A stretch of DNA of 64,000 nt from Syntrophorhabdaceae bacterium (GCA_963665295.1 OY762209.1:5152001-5216000); one strand, 5' to 3'; shown: positions 28,252 to 38,663, numbered from the stretch's first letter. Numbers and translations are program-made. The notes: a model not told the origin generated them from the letters alone.

Positions 28252-29547
28252 ATGAAACTGAAGTACGGCCTCGACGAAACCCCGCCCCTTTTCGAAAATA
28301 TCCTTTTCGGTCTTCAGTGGCTCGCCATATCGGTCCCCGGGATCATAATCCTCGGAAAGATCGTGGGGAGCCTCCATGTGAGCGACCCCTACTACCAGAT
28401 CATCTACCTGCAGAAGATGTATTTTGTCACGGGTATCACCCTCTTCTGCCAGGTCATGTGGGGCCACCGGCTGCCCTTGATAACCGGTCCCTCCACGGTA
28501 CTTCTCATAGGCGTGATCACGGCGGGCGGCTTCAGCCTCAACGCGGTGTACGGGTCCGTGGCCCTGGGCGGAGCCCTTCTTTTTCTCGTGAGCGTTCTGG
28601 GGGTTTTCGGCCATATCCGGAAGCTCTTTACCCCGAGGGTCGTTGCCGCTGTGCTTCTTCTTATCGCGGTGACCCTTACCCCCGCCATCATAAGGCTCCT
28701 CACCACGAGCGATCGGGCGGCCACGGTTCCGGTAAACCTTTCCTTCGCCATGGTCGTCATATGTCTCATGTTTCTCCTCTACCGGCATCTCAAAGGCATA
28801 TGGAAATCGACCATCATCATATGGTCCATGACCGGTGCCACCGTCCTCTACCTCCTTCTCTTTCCCCTCGCACGGGGAACGGCAAAGGGCGCTCCTCATG
28901 CCCTCGTAGCCCCTTTTTTTCACGGGCTCACATCGGGACCGGACTTCCAGCCGGGGGTTATCATTTCATTTCTCTTCTGTTTCTTCGCCCTCTCGGTAAA
29001 CGACATCGGCTCCATCCAGTCCATATCGGAGATGCTCAAACCGGGAGAGCCTGAAAAACGGCTCAACAAGGGGATCACCGTCACTGGCCTGGCGAATGTC
29101 CTCTCCGGGATTCTCGGGGTCATCGGGCCCGTGAATTTTTCCCTCAGTCCGGGTGTCATAATGGCAAGCGGCTGTGCGTCGAGGTATGCCCTGGTTCCCA
29201 CCGCCATCGGACTTACGGCGCTGGCCTTCTCTCCTCTCGCGATGAGCTTCATGGGCAGCGTCCCTCCCGTGGTAATAGGGACTATGCTCGTGTACATACT
29301 CTGCTATCAGGTCGCGGCTGCCCTCATGGTCCTCTTCGAACCCGGCAAGGCCTTTCCCTTGGAGTCGGGCCTCGTCATAGGCTTCCCGCTCCTCCTGGGC
29401 GCCATCTTTTCGTTCCTCCCCGAAGACGCGATACGCACCTTCCCCACCCTCATAAGGCCTCTCATCGGCAACGGCTTCGTCATAGGCGTGCTGGCGAGTC
29501 TCATACTGGAACACCTCATATTCACGAAGACCTCCGCGACAAAATAG
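28252..29547 (+). CDS. NCS2 (xanthine/uracil permease-like) transporter
   Basis: LKYGLDE.PP...FGLQW, GHRLPL..GPS, DIGS, GLANVLSG, P.PVIG, NG...G motifs; many TM segments. Confidence 0.85.
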   Translation: MKLKYGLDETPPLFENILFGLQWLAISVPGIIILGKIVGSLHVSDPYYQIIYLQKMYFVTGITLFCQVMWGHRLPLITGPSTVLLIGVITAGGFSLNAVYGSVALGGALLFLVSVLGVFGHIRKLFTPRVVAAVLLLIAVTLTPAIIRLLTTSDRAATVPVNLSFAMVVICLMFLLYRHLKGIWKSTIIIWSMTGATVLYLLLFPLARGTAKGAPHALVAPFFHGLTSGPDFQPGVIISFLFCFFALSVNDIGSIQSISEMLKPGEPEKRLNKGITVTGLANVLSGILGVIGPVNFSLSPGVIMASGCASRYALVPTAIGLTALAFSPLAMSFMGSVPPVVIGTMLVYILCYQVAAALMVLFEPGKAFPLESGLVIGFPLLLGAIFSFLPEDAIRTFPTLIRPLIGNGFVIGVLASLILEHLIFTKTSATK

Positions 29548-29723
29548 GTCCGGCCTCGAAAGCAGGGGAGACATAATGGGATTCCGGTTTCGGACGCAGC
29601 GAAAGGTGGAGCGCAGGTCAGGGGGAGACTTCTTTTAGGCAGTCCGGATAGTCGGGTTAGGGATGCCCTTTTGCACAGGTACGCCCGGTGTCCGGGCATG
29701 TGGCCCTTTGACTTGATCGTGAA

Positions 29724-29759
29724 TTAAAGGGAGGGAAGGCGCCTTCGCCTTCCCTCCCT
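29724..29759 (-). terminator. Intrinsic terminator of the lipoprotein gene
   Basis: GGGAGGGAAGGCG-N4-CGCCTTCCCTCCC perfect stem, followed by TTTAA on the minus strand. Confidence 0.7.
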
Positions 29760-29816
29760 CGTTGATACTTATCATCAGTTGAGGCCCCGGACGCGGCCCC
29801 GTGTCTCTGTCTTTAC

Positions 29817-30560
29817 CTATTTGCCGCCGCCCATTCCCGGCTGCCCCTGGGGCAGTGTGCTGGTATCGTATACTGCAACGATACGCACGTTCTGGTAGCG
29901 GTGCTCGACCTGGGCCGATTCACCCTTGGGGGCATACATGTCGCCGATGCCTGTGACCTTGTAAAATGTGTGAGGCACGTTCACCAGGTACTGGTCAATA
30001 ATGGGAAGGGGCGCTTCCGAACGGGCGACGCTCAGCTTTTTGTTGTTCTGCGCGTTCCCGATGGCGGACGCACTCCCGATGGAGAGGAGAATGACCTTCC
30101 TGCCGCGGCTGGACCGCGAGAGGAAATCGAGGAAACCGATGAGGCGTTGTGTCTGCATGTGATCCAGGATGTGTGACCCGGTCTTGAAGAACAGCGTTAT
30201 CTGACCGGTGCCCTGTTCGTTCGAGAGTTTCTCGAGTTTTGCCAACGACTGCTGGGCTGTCTGCAATTCCTTGTTCTCCGTGGACTGCAACTCTGCCATG
30301 CGTTTGTCTTCCTTGTTGAGGTGTCCCTGCAACTTGTCGAATTCCTTCATGCTGTTGTTGTTCGCGTCCACCACTTCCCTTGCAAGGGCATCCGCCTGTT
30401 CTCCCGAGGCTGCGCCTGTCCACGTGCTCTTGGGTACGGTAACCTGCTGCTGCCCGCTGGGTTGCTGCATCGAGATAACCTGGGGTTGGGTGGCGCATCC
30501 GCCAAGAACCATTGTGCCGACGAGGACCGCCATTGCCGATAAAATTGCTTTTCCCTTCAT
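29817..30560 (-). CDS. Lipoprotein with coiled coil and degenerate OmpA-like C-terminal domain
   Basis: Lipobox LGGC; LFFKTGS..L, IGSAS..G...NN.KLS..RS resemble OmpA_C. Confidence 0.7.
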   Translation of the reverse strand: MKGKAILSAMAVLVGTMVLGGCATQPQVISMQQPSGQQQVTVPKSTWTGAASGEQADALAREVVDANNNSMKEFDKLQGHLNKEDKRMAELQSTENKELQTAQQSLAKLEKLSNEQGTGQITLFFKTGSHILDHMQTQRLIGFLDFLSRSSRGRKVILLSIGSASAIGNAQNNKKLSVARSEAPLPIIDQYLVNVPHTFYKVTGIGDMYAPKGESAQVEHRYQNVRIVAVYDTSTLPQGQPGMGGGK

Positions 30561-30666
30561 TCTTTGCCTCCTGTAGTATTTCAGCCGTCGATGACGACCT
30601 GTATACCTTGCGATAACCGGACTTCTCTGGGAACGTAACGACGAGGAATATCTTGTCTCTTTTATG

Positions 30667-30694
30667 ATTATATCGTTTCTCCTTGGCCTGTCAA
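30667..30694 (-). promoter_or_regulatory. Consensus sigma70 promoter of the lipoprotein gene
   Basis: TTGACA-N16-TATAAT. Confidence 0.7.
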
Positions 30695-30834
30695 GTCAAA
30701 TCCTGTGCTGCTCTTCAAAAACCCGGCATGGTCTTTCATAAAGCCGCCGGAAGAAAGCCTTTGGAGGTCATCGAATATTACCGGGTCGGCGTTGGGGTGT
30801 GAAGCGGGCTTACCGTTGCGGCGGGTTACGAGAG

Positions 30835-30860
30835 GGGCCGCCCGTTGACCGGGCGGCCCG
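30835..30860 (-). terminator. Hairpin after the FKBP gene
   Basis: GGGCCGCCCG-ttgac-CGGGCGGCCC. Confidence 0.55.
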
Positions 30861-30891
30861 ATGGATTACTTCCTTGGATTAATTCCCGGGA

Positions 30892-31602
30892 TTATTTCTT
30901 GTCACCCTTCTCCGCCTCTTTGACGGAAACCAACTCCATTTCAAAAACAAGGGCGGAGTTGGGCGGGATAACCCCCGCCGTGCGATCGCCATAGGCCAAT
31001 TCGGGCGGAACAAAGAGTTGCCACTTTGAACCCTCCTTCATCAACAAAAGGGCTTCTTTCCAGCCCGGAATCACCTTATCGATCCGGACGGTCATGGGCA
31101 ATCCCTTCTTGTAAGTGCTGTGGAATTCGGTGCCGTTGATATAGGAGGCCGTGTAACCGATGGTAACCTCATCGGCAGACTTCGGCGCCTTTCCCTTCCC
31201 CTCTTTGAGCACTTTGTACTGAAGGCCGCTGGGAAGGGCTACCACTCCTTCCTTCTTCTTGTTTGCTTCCATGAAGGCCTTGCTCGCGGCCAGGTTCTTT
31301 TCCGCTTTCTCTTTCAATTCCTTCTGACGGACCGCCGCAACCCTTGTCTGAATCTCGGACACCACTTTCTTGATGTCTTCCTGGCTGAGGGCCGGTTTCT
31401 TTCCGCCGAGGGCGTCCTTGATTCCCGAGGTATAAACATCTATGTTGATATCGAGGTTCTGGGTTTTCAGGCTCTGCCCAAACTGGTACCCCAGACTATA
31501 GCTCTCCTTATCCTTTTGGTTCTTCGGTTGCGCGGTTTCTGCCGCGAAACAAAAGCTCGAAAAGAGGCAAACACTCATAATAGCGACGAGGATATGTTTC
31601 AT
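30892..31602 (-). CDS. FKBP-type peptidyl-prolyl isomerase (FkpA/Mip type)
   Basis: Signal peptide, SYSLG, LPSGLQY, VIPGWKEAL, PPELAYG, IPPNSALVFE. Confidence 0.9.
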   Translation of the reverse strand: MKHILVAIMSVCLFSSFCFAAETAQPKNQKDKESYSLGYQFGQSLKTQNLDINIDVYTSGIKDALGGKKPALSQEDIKKVVSEIQTRVAAVRQKELKEKAEKNLAASKAFMEANKKKEGVVALPSGLQYKVLKEGKGKAPKSADEVTIGYTASYINGTEFHSTYKKGLPMTVRIDKVIPGWKEALLLMKEGSKWQLFVPPELAYGDRTAGVIPPNSALVFEMELVSVKEAEKGDKK

Positions 31603-31744
31603 TTCAAATCTCCCTATGTTTGGTTTTACTCGATAAGAGTAATTCTACATCGAAAATAAGCAGTCCCTTCCACCATGTCAAGTCAGCCGCCGCCAACACG
31701 TAAAGGCCGCCACGCAGGTAAGGTCACGCCCTGACCGGGTCTGC

Positions 31745-32230
31745 CTATTTGCTGCACATCCCCACGGACCCCTCTTTACAACTATTCCCATCAGTCCACG
31801 TGGCGCCCACGAGGTCCGCGTCGGCCAGGGATGCACCCGTAAGTTCCGCCGAGAGAAGGCTCGCCCGGTCGAAGGTTCCACTGTCCAGAGTCGCTCCCGT
31901 AAGGATTGCTCGCTCGAGGTTCGCGCCGGTGAAGGTCGCATGGGAAAGGTCCGCCCGGGAAAGGTTGGCCCCGCGGAGGTTCGCGCCGCGCAAATCCACG
32001 CCGGCCATATTGGCGCGTTCGAGGTTCGCCCCTGACAGGTTCGCTCCGGCCAGGTTTGCATCGGAGAGGTCGGCGCCCGAAAGGTCCGCCCGGGAAAGGT
32101 CGCAACCCTGGCACATATGGGTGGCCTTCAGTCGATCCAATTGCTTCTTATCAAAGGCCGTCGCCCCGGAAGGGAGGAACAAAGTTGCCGCAAACACCGC
32201 CATGCACACCGCAATCACCACCTTGGTCAT
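31745..32230 (-). CDS. Exported pentapeptide-repeat protein
   Basis: Signal peptide, CQGC, tandem A(D/N)LxG repeats. Confidence 0.85.
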   Translation of the reverse strand: MTKVVIAVCMAVFAATLFLPSGATAFDKKQLDRLKATHMCQGCDLSRADLSGADLSDANLAGANLSGANLERANMAGVDLRGANLRGANLSRADLSHATFTGANLERAILTGATLDSGTFDRASLLSAELTGASLADADLVGATWTDGNSCKEGSVGMCSK

Positions 32231-32449
32231 AGCTCTTCTCCTTTTCGTGTCTTCATTTCCCTGCAAACCATGTCTAATTCTGTGATAATCATCTCATACA
32301 AGGATACGACGTATCCCCGAAAACTTGCAAGAAAATGATCACAGAGCTTCAGTGACTTCCACGTTTTCTCACGGGGCGCACGAGGCAATGGGGGATATTG
32401 TCCTTTTCGCCCTTGAGAAAAACACCTTGACGATATAGAATAGACTTAC

Positions 32450-32800
32450 ATGGAGTCTCTTACGAAAAAGACTGTCTTTGTATGCGTTCTCGCCGTGATG
32501 CTCATGTCCGTTCTGTCAACAACGTTGATGTGCTATTCCCTGATCCCTTGCAGTGGGTCGCGTAGCGGAGAAAGCGGTCTGTGGCGCCACGAAGGCAACT
32601 TCATTCCTCAGGAATGGGGTTTTCAGAGGACCATAACCAACGCCGCGTCCTCGAAGCCGGCATCGCCATATGCGGGGTTTATCGCGCAAATCGATCCGAC
32701 CCTCTCCAAACCCGCCTCCCACGGTGCCTGTGTGACTATCGGCATTGCACCCATGGCTTCAGGCCGCATCTATCTGAATAACCTTAACCTCCGCTTCTGA
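32450..32800 (+). CDS. Hypothetical protein with N-terminal hydrophobic segment
   Basis: ATG 8 nt after TTGAGA-N17-TAGAAT; fills the gap before the antiporter gene. Confidence 0.45.
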   Translation: MESLTKKTVFVCVLAVMLMSVLSTTLMCYSLIPCSGSRSGESGLWRHEGNFIPQEWGFQRTITNAASSKPASPYAGFIAQIDPTLSKPASHGACVTIGIAPMASGRIYLNNLNLRF

Positions 32801-32944
32801 TCCGGAGCGTCTTTGAAGCTGATCCAGTCAAGATAGGCTGCGTTTAAGGGCAGCAAAACAGTATTGAGGACCACGGCTTGAGAATTTGTGTCCCTTAGGA
32901 CCATAGGGTCATCTCCCGGCAGTTATTCTCGGAGGTTGGAAGCA

Positions 32945-34933
32945 ATGATTGTCGATTACCTTTATTTGCTTATCGCTATTTTCGGGGTATCCGGAATAAC
33001 AATCTACTTTCTCGGTAAAGTACGGATACCGTCGATTGTGGGTTTTCTCATGGGCGGTATCATCATCGGGCCGTCCTGCCTCAATATCGTCACTCATACA
33101 CAGGAAATAGAAGTACTTGCGGAAATAGGCGTTATCATACTTATGTTCACCATAGGCCTCGAATTCTCCCTGGGGAACCTCCTCAAGATGCGGACCCTCG
33201 TCTTCGGCGGCGGCGCGCTTCAGATTCTTCTCTCCGTCTCCGTCGCGGCAGCCCTTTCTTCCTTCCTCCTCTCCGAACCTTTCCCCAAGGCCGTCTTCCT
33301 CGGTATGGTTCTCTCCCTCAGCAGCACTGCCATCGTATTCAAGATGATCATGGACCGGGGCGAGATGCACACACCATACGGGAAAACCACGATAGGGGTG
33401 CTCATATTCCAGGACCTTTGCGTCGTACTCTACATGCTCCTCATACCGATCCTTGTAGGCAAAGACACCAGTCCTGCAGTTTTCGCGTTGACTATATTGA
33501 AGGCCTGCATAGTGGTCGGGGGCGTCCTCTTCTCCGCCAGATGGGTGATACCGTGGTTGTTGAGGGAAATAGTCAGGACCCGAAGCAGGGAGCTTTTTAT
33601 TGTCGCTATCATAGTGCTCTGCCTGGGAACCGCCGCTTTGACCTCGATGCTGGGCCTCTCTCTCGCGTTGGGCGCGTTCCTCGCAGGTGTGATCATATCG
33701 GAATCTGAATATTCATCCCAGACCGTATCGGACATTCTTCCGTTGAAAGAGAGTTTCAGCGCCCTCTTCTTCATCAGTATCGGCATGCTGTTGAATCTGG
33801 ACGCCCTGGTGAGAAATATGGGCACTGTCTCGATTATCGTGCTCACAATAGGGGTGGTGAAACTTGTTACGGCAGCCGTGCCCGCGTATCTCACCGGCCA
33901 GTCCGTCCGGAACTCGGTGCGCTCGGGCCTTTACCTTTCCCACATAGGTGAATTCTCCTTCGTTATTGCGGTAGCGGGAAGACAAGCCGGACTCATGGCG
34001 GACGACACGTATCAGATCTTTCTCTCTGCAGCGGTCCTCACTATGATGGCTACCCCCTTTCTCATTTCCGGATCGCCCCGACTGTCGTTATGGATTGCCC
34101 GGATCCCCTTTCTTCGCGCGCTGGATGCGGGCAGGAAGGACCATGAGGGGTATTACCCGGAACAGTTGAAAGAGCACGTGATTATCGTCGGCTTCGGGGT
34201 CAACGGGGGAAACCTCGCCAAGGTGCTCAGTCATTCCAAGGTCCCCTATGTGGTACTCGAACTGAACAGCGAGACTGTGCGAAAAGCCAGAAGACTGGGA
34301 GAGCCGATTTACTATGGCGAAGGAACAAGCATAACAATCCTCCGGAAGCTGGGCCTTCAATCAGCCAAGGCACTCGTAGTAGCCATCTCGGACGCATCGG
34401 CTTCCCGGAGAATCGTAAAGATCGCACGAACCGAAAACCCTTACCTGTTTATCCTCGCGAGAACCAGATATGTGTCGGAGGTAGACGACCTGATCAAGAT
34501 CGGGGCGAGCGACGTAATACCCGAAGAGTTCGAAACCTCGGTTGAAATATTCTCAAGGGTGCTCAACCACTATCATGTGCCCCTGGAAACCATCAGGGAG
34601 CACATCGACGCAATCCGCGCCGACAGCTACCGCGCCCTGAGAACGGTCCATTTTCCCCGAAAGCCCGATATGGATATGCACGCCGTAACAAAAACCTCGT
34701 ACATGGCCGGACAAACCCTTGCGGAGGTCGGCCTCAGGGCCAGGACAGGCATTACGGTAATTTCGATAAGACGCGAGGATAAGGTATACGAGTTGCCGTC
34801 ACCTTCGTTTAAGATAGTCGAGGGGGATGTTCTCGTTCTCATGGGTAAGAGAAGAGACATGGAGTCCGCTATTGCGTATATAGAGACAGGTCGTATGGAC
34901 CGGCAAATTCAAAAATCACATACAGAGGAGTAG
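32945..34933 (+). CDS. Monovalent cation:proton antiporter-2 (Kef-like) with TrkA-N and TrkA-C domains
   Basis: AEIGVI.LMFTIGLEFS, LSSTAIV, LIFQDL, LGAFLAG, IGEFSFV, HVIIVGFG; GGAGG SD. Confidence 0.9.
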   Translation: MIVDYLYLLIAIFGVSGITIYFLGKVRIPSIVGFLMGGIIIGPSCLNIVTHTQEIEVLAEIGVIILMFTIGLEFSLGNLLKMRTLVFGGGALQILLSVSVAAALSSFLLSEPFPKAVFLGMVLSLSSTAIVFKMIMDRGEMHTPYGKTTIGVLIFQDLCVVLYMLLIPILVGKDTSPAVFALTILKACIVVGGVLFSARWVIPWLLREIVRTRSRELFIVAIIVLCLGTAALTSMLGLSLALGAFLAGVIISESEYSSQTVSDILPLKESFSALFFISIGMLLNLDALVRNMGTVSIIVLTIGVVKLVTAAVPAYLTGQSVRNSVRSGLYLSHIGEFSFVIAVAGRQAGLMADDTYQIFLSAAVLTMMATPFLISGSPRLSLWIARIPFLRALDAGRKDHEGYYPEQLKEHVIIVGFGVNGGNLAKVLSHSKVPYVVLELNSETVRKARRLGEPIYYGEGTSITILRKLGLQSAKALVVAISDASASRRIVKIARTENPYLFILARTRYVSEVDDLIKIGASDVIPEEFETSVEIFSRVLNHYHVPLETIREHIDAIRADSYRALRTVHFPRKPDMDMHAVTKTSYMAGQTLAEVGLRARTGITVISIRREDKVYELPSPSFKIVEGDVLVLMGKRRDMESAIAYIETGRMDRQIQKSHTEE

Positions 34934-34940
34934 AAAAGAG

Positions 34941-35117
34941 ATGAACCCCTTCCTTGTTTCCATTGTAGCGACGCTCCTTCATATGAAGAGGATGTGCCCC
35001 AAGTGCAGGAGAGAACAGATACTGCCCCTGGCCGAGAAACACAAAACGGCGAAGTGCAGGTTTTGCGGGGCTGAAATGCCCCCTCCGCGCCATGGTCGCG
35101 GGACCCATGAGGCATAG
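34941..35117 (+). CDS. Small (58 aa) zinc-ribbon protein, below the ORF track cutoff
   Basis: MNPFLVSIVATLLHMKRMCPKCRREQILPLAEKHKTAKCRFCGAEMPPP...; GAGGAG upstream; 7 nt after the antiporter stop. Confidence 0.65.
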   Translation: MNPFLVSIVATLLHMKRMCPKCRREQILPLAEKHKTAKCRFCGAEMPPPRHGRGTHEA

Positions 35118-35242
35118 GCGGGACCCCGGATATTTGTCACGACGTGGAGATAATCGAGTCAGACGACGAGGCTCCCGGGCCTTAAGGCATCTTAACGGGC
35201 TTGCTCACCTGGTGACGGGGGAGGCAGAAGCCCTGCGATCCA

Positions 35243-35494
35243 TCACTCTTCTTCCCTGAGGAATAACTGGTGGTATTCGGATTCGGCCAGATGTTTTTTC
35301 AGCATCTTGCTTATGATATCAAATACCTCCTCCAAATCGTCATCGGTCATCCGTTTCAGGATCGTCTTCATCAAATCATCGTCGGAGAACTTCTGCAGGT
35401 ACACCTGTACCGTATCCTCATCGGATTGCCGGTCCAGGCCGTACCCTAAAAAACCGCCGAATGTTTCCACAAACTGATGGGAGTGCTTTGCCAT
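35243..35494 (-). CDS. Conserved-looking small hypothetical protein
   Basis: Natural composition (YLQKFSDDDLM...EYHQLFL); SD-like AAGGTG. Confidence 0.7.
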   Translation of the reverse strand: MAKHSHQFVETFGGFLGYGLDRQSDEDTVQVYLQKFSDDDLMKTILKRMTDDDLEEVFDIISKMLKKHLAESEYHQLFLREEE

Positions 35495-35571
35495 AACCAC
35501 ACCTTATTTCCTGTCTGTATTTAATTGTAATCACTTCCCGCCTTTTCTTGCGGCAGGAAGATACACGCCCT

Positions 35572-35823
35572 CTATTCGCCTGATTTCATAACCGTTCTCA
35601 GTGCAGGATTGTCCGCCGACAATATGTTGGCGGTTTCGGTCTCGTCATCATAAATCAGGACCGCCAATCCTTTTTCAAGTTTACCTTTTACCTGATTGAA
35701 TTTTATCTCCGCCGAAGCTTCCACCGCGCCATAATCGGTGCCGTCCCTGGAGATGAATTCCTCGATTACGCCCCGCAGCGCTTCAGGGCTGAGCCTATCA
35801 ACCGGGACTATATGAATAGACAT
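35572..35823 (-). CDS. YheU (UPF0270) family protein
   Basis: LSPEALRGVIEEFISRDGTDYG motif. Confidence 0.85.
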   Translation of the reverse strand: MSIHIVPVDRLSPEALRGVIEEFISRDGTDYGAVEASAEIKFNQVKGKLEKGLAVLIYDDETETANILSADNPALRTVMKSGE

Positions 35824-36173
35824 GTAAACCTGCTCCCCTTACCTCCGCCCACCGAGGACTGCGCATCAGATCCTGTATATCCTTCCTCGGAGGCTTAACT
35901 CTGTCATATCCCTTATCACTTGCCGTCCCCCAAGTCCAGGAAAATCCAACATGGGTTTGTTTCTCATTCAATCGGTCTTCTATTTCCGGTATCCATTATA
36001 TAAAATAGTCCAACTGCACCGGGTGGAGTAGGCGACGGCACAAGCCCTTCCTCTTTCTCTTTCTCCACCACCCACCGAACCCCGGCCCCTTTGCCGCCGT
36101 CCTTCCCGCGCCTCTTCACTGTGCAAATATGCGGTTGAACTGACAGGAAACCTGTTATAGAATTATAGTAGTC

Positions 36174-36455
36174 ATGGACGGTATAAAAACTATCGACGAC
36201 CTGATTGCATCCAAGAACCTTACCAAGGAGGAACTGGAACTCTTCGATGATCTGATCCGGGAAGCGCGGGAACGGGAAAAGCACTCCTCCGAACTCTCCC
36301 GCCTCACCAGGGACAACCTCGAGAGGCTCTCCGACGGCCTCAACATCATCGCGGAACGAACCGCCGAGATCGGCAAATCCATGGAACAACTCCTCGACCA
36401 CATGGAGACTCTCTATATCCGGTCCATGCCGGACTCCAAGTTCCACCGCGAGTAG
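36174..36455 (+). CDS. Hypothetical coiled-coil protein
   Basis: Heptad-rich 93-aa ORF; TTGAAC-N17-TAGAAT just upstream. Confidence 0.65.
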   Translation: MDGIKTIDDLIASKNLTKEELELFDDLIREAREREKHSSELSRLTRDNLERLSDGLNIIAERTAEIGKSMEQLLDHMETLYIRSMPDSKFHRE

Positions 36456-36490
36456 ATACCCGGTCCTCTACCTCTTAGGTTCCCCCGAGT

Positions 36491-36757
36491 TTACCGGTGT
36501 TTGATGGTGAGTATCAACGCATAGGAAAGAAGTGCGAAGGTGACGGCGTTTGCGAGAATGATCGGGATGGAAGAGAGGAAGAACCCATAGAGCAGCCATA
36601 GGAAGACCCCGGTGCAGTTCAGGCTCATCATGAGAAGCGAGATGTCCCCCGACGATCTCGACCGCGACATCTTGATCACCTGAGGAAGGAACGCGAGAGT
36701 AGTGAAGGTTCCCGCCATCAATCCGAGAATCGTTACCGCATCAACGTTCTCCATCAT
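36491..36757 (-). CDS. SemiSWEET (PQ-loop) transporter
   Basis: G..AG..TT.AFLPQV.K, DIS, G..LWL.YG, PII.AN; three TM helices. Confidence 0.9.
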   Translation of the reverse strand: MMENVDAVTILGLMAGTFTTLAFLPQVIKMSRSRSSGDISLLMMSLNCTGVFLWLLYGFFLSSIPIILANAVTFALLSYALILTIKHR

Positions 36758-36972
36758 GACCGCACCTCGTTAACCGCATATCTAAGGAAAAGTGAAGGTA
36801 GGCGTTTGCGTCCCGGAAGGCTGCCGTTTCCGGCGACCTGTCCCGGTGCCTGCGCGCCTGTGTGAAACGCGCCGCCCGGAGTCTCAGCGTTCTACCCGTT
36901 GCGGCCGCACCGCGGCTATCCCCACCGTTATGCGCCGCCTTTTTTTGGTAGAATCTGATTTAGTATGATCAG

Positions 36973-37001
36973 GCAGGCCCCGATGAGCCACCGGGGCCTG
37001 C
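36973..37001 (-). terminator. Hairpin after the cold-shock gene
   Basis: GCAGGCCCCG...CGGGGCCTGC stem. Confidence 0.55.
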
Positions 37002-37010
37002 TCGTGTGCT

Positions 37011-37211
37011 TTAGATTTTCACAACGTTTGCCGCATGCGGACCTTTGGGACCGTCAACCACATCGAAGCTTACAGCCTGACCTTCGGACAGAGATTTGAA
37101 ACCGCTGCCCTGAATTGCTGAATAATGAACAAATACATCCCCGCCTTCCTCATTGGTGATAAATCCGAAACCTTTTGACTCGTTGAACCATTTAACAGTC
37201 CCTTTTGCCAT
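37011..37211 (-). CDS. cspA: Cold-shock protein (CspA family)
   Basis: GTVKWFN, KGFGFI (RNP1), DVFVHYS (RNP2). Confidence 0.95.
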   Translation of the reverse strand: MAKGTVKWFNESKGFGFITNEEGGDVFVHYSAIQGSGFKSLSEGQAVSFDVVDGPKGPHAANVVKI

Positions 37212-37443
37212 AAAAAAAATACCTCCCTTTAAAAATTAAAAAGTTGAAGATAACGGAACTGTCACAGATAGACTACAAAGCATAAATCTTTGCGGTTCAC
37301 AATAACAAAGCTTCCGAAACCCCATTTTTATTGTGGCACAGAATAAATCAAAGGTCAACATTATATTGAGGCCGGACGGGCAATCTTTTGCGCATTTTTC
37401 TCCCCCTTCACGGCCTTCATTTCCCCTTCGTGTCACCCTCTAT

Positions 37444-37815
37444 TCAGCTTGCCAGCTTAATAGTCTCCGCCTTGATCCGGTTCATATCATCTACGTACAC
37501 CTTACGCGGTTCAAAGGTTGCAAGCTCCGCTTCGGCGTAGGTCCCGTAAGTGGCAATGATGATTATATCGCCTTTTCTTCCCTTATGGGCAGCAGCTCCG
37601 TTGATACAGATAACCCCGGAGTTCCGCTCTCCCTTTATCGCATAGGTGCTGAAACGTTCCCCGTTCGTGACGTTGTAAATGTCCACCGCCTCGTAAGGGA
37701 TGATATCTGCTTTCTCCAGCAGGGCCTCATCGATGGTAATACTGCCCTCGTAGTCAAGGTTGCTTTCCGTGACCCGAGCCCTGTGGATCTTGCCTTTCAT
37801 CATCCGTCTCTCCAT
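37444..37815 (-). CDS. panD: Aspartate 1-decarboxylase
   Basis: [15 protein letters not shown] cleavage site, [13 protein letters not shown]. Confidence 0.95.
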   Translation of the reverse strand: MERRMMKGKIHRARVTESNLDYEGSITIDEALLEKADIIPYEAVDIYNVTNGERFSTYAIKGERNSGVICINGAAAHKGRKGDIIIIATYGTYAEAELATFEPRKVYVDDMNRIKAETIKLAS

Positions 37816-37816
37816 G

Positions 37817-38662
37817 TTAAGCCTCCATCAGAATTGTGTTGTCAATAAGTCTCGTCTTGCCCACGCGACAGGCGATTGCGAGAAGGACCCTGTTACCGGT
37901 CTCTTCCAGCTCCTTGAAAGTGTCCGCGTGAGAAATACTGACGTACTCGATACTGACCCCTCCCTTGGAGTTCAGTACCCTTTCCACTTCCCCCCTTATC
38001 ACCGAAGCATTTCTCTCACCCGCCCTGAAAAGCGCTTCCGCCTTCCTGAGGGATGCATTTATAAGCAACGCCTTGTCCCGCTCTTCGGGACTAAGATACG
38101 TGTTTCTCGAACTCATGGCAAGCCCGTCTTTCTCCCGGACCGTGGGAAAAGGTACTATCTCCACATCCATATTGAGGTCCCTCACCATCTTCTCGATGAT
38201 TCTGAGTTGCTGAAAATCTTTCTGTCCGAAAACGGCGAAATGGGGTTTGACGATATTGAAGAGTTTGTTCACCACTGTCGCGACCCCGACAAAGTGGCCC
38301 GACCTCGTCTTGCCGCAGAGGTAGTCCTCCAGGCCTTTCACCTCGACAAAGGTCGAATAGCCTTCAGGATAGACATCTTCAGCCTCTGGGTAAAAGATAA
38401 TGTCTGTCTTCTCTCTGTCGAGAAGCGCGGCGTCTCTCTCAAAGTCCCTCGGATACCTGCTCAGATCCTCCGTGGGGCCAAACTGGATGGGGTTCACGAA
38501 GATGCTCACCACAACCACATCACTCAACTCTCTTGCTTTTCTCACCAGCGCGAGATGCCCCTCATGGAGGTAACCCATGGTAGGTACGAAACCGATCCGT
38601 TTACTCTTCCGTAAATCGTCGGCCAGGGACTGCATTTCTTTGACTGTTCTTACAACTTTCAT
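37817..38662 (-). CDS. panC: Pantoate--beta-alanine ligase
   Basis: [41 protein letters not shown]. Confidence 0.95.
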   Translation of the reverse strand: MKVVRTVKEMQSLADDLRKSKRIGFVPTMGYLHEGHLALVRKARELSDVVVVSIFVNPIQFGPTEDLSRYPRDFERDAALLDREKTDIIFYPEAEDVYPEGYSTFVEVKGLEDYLCGKTRSGHFVGVATVVNKLFNIVKPHFAVFGQKDFQQLRIIEKMVRDLNMDVEIVPFPTVREKDGLAMSSRNTYLSPEERDKALLINASLRKAEALFRAGERNASVIRGEVERVLNSKGGVSIEYVSISHADTFKELEETGNRVLLAIACRVGKTRLIDNTILMEA

Positions 38663-38663
38663 A

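Noticed and set aside
31800..32110. 15-bp periodic repeats
   Set aside because: Coding pentapeptide repeats, not CRISPR; no spacers or cas genes.
36790..36860. c-di-GMP-I riboswitch or SRP RNA
   Set aside because: GGACGCAAA and a GAAA loop are present, but the GGCAAA 5' element, spacing and the SRP AGCAG motif are missing.
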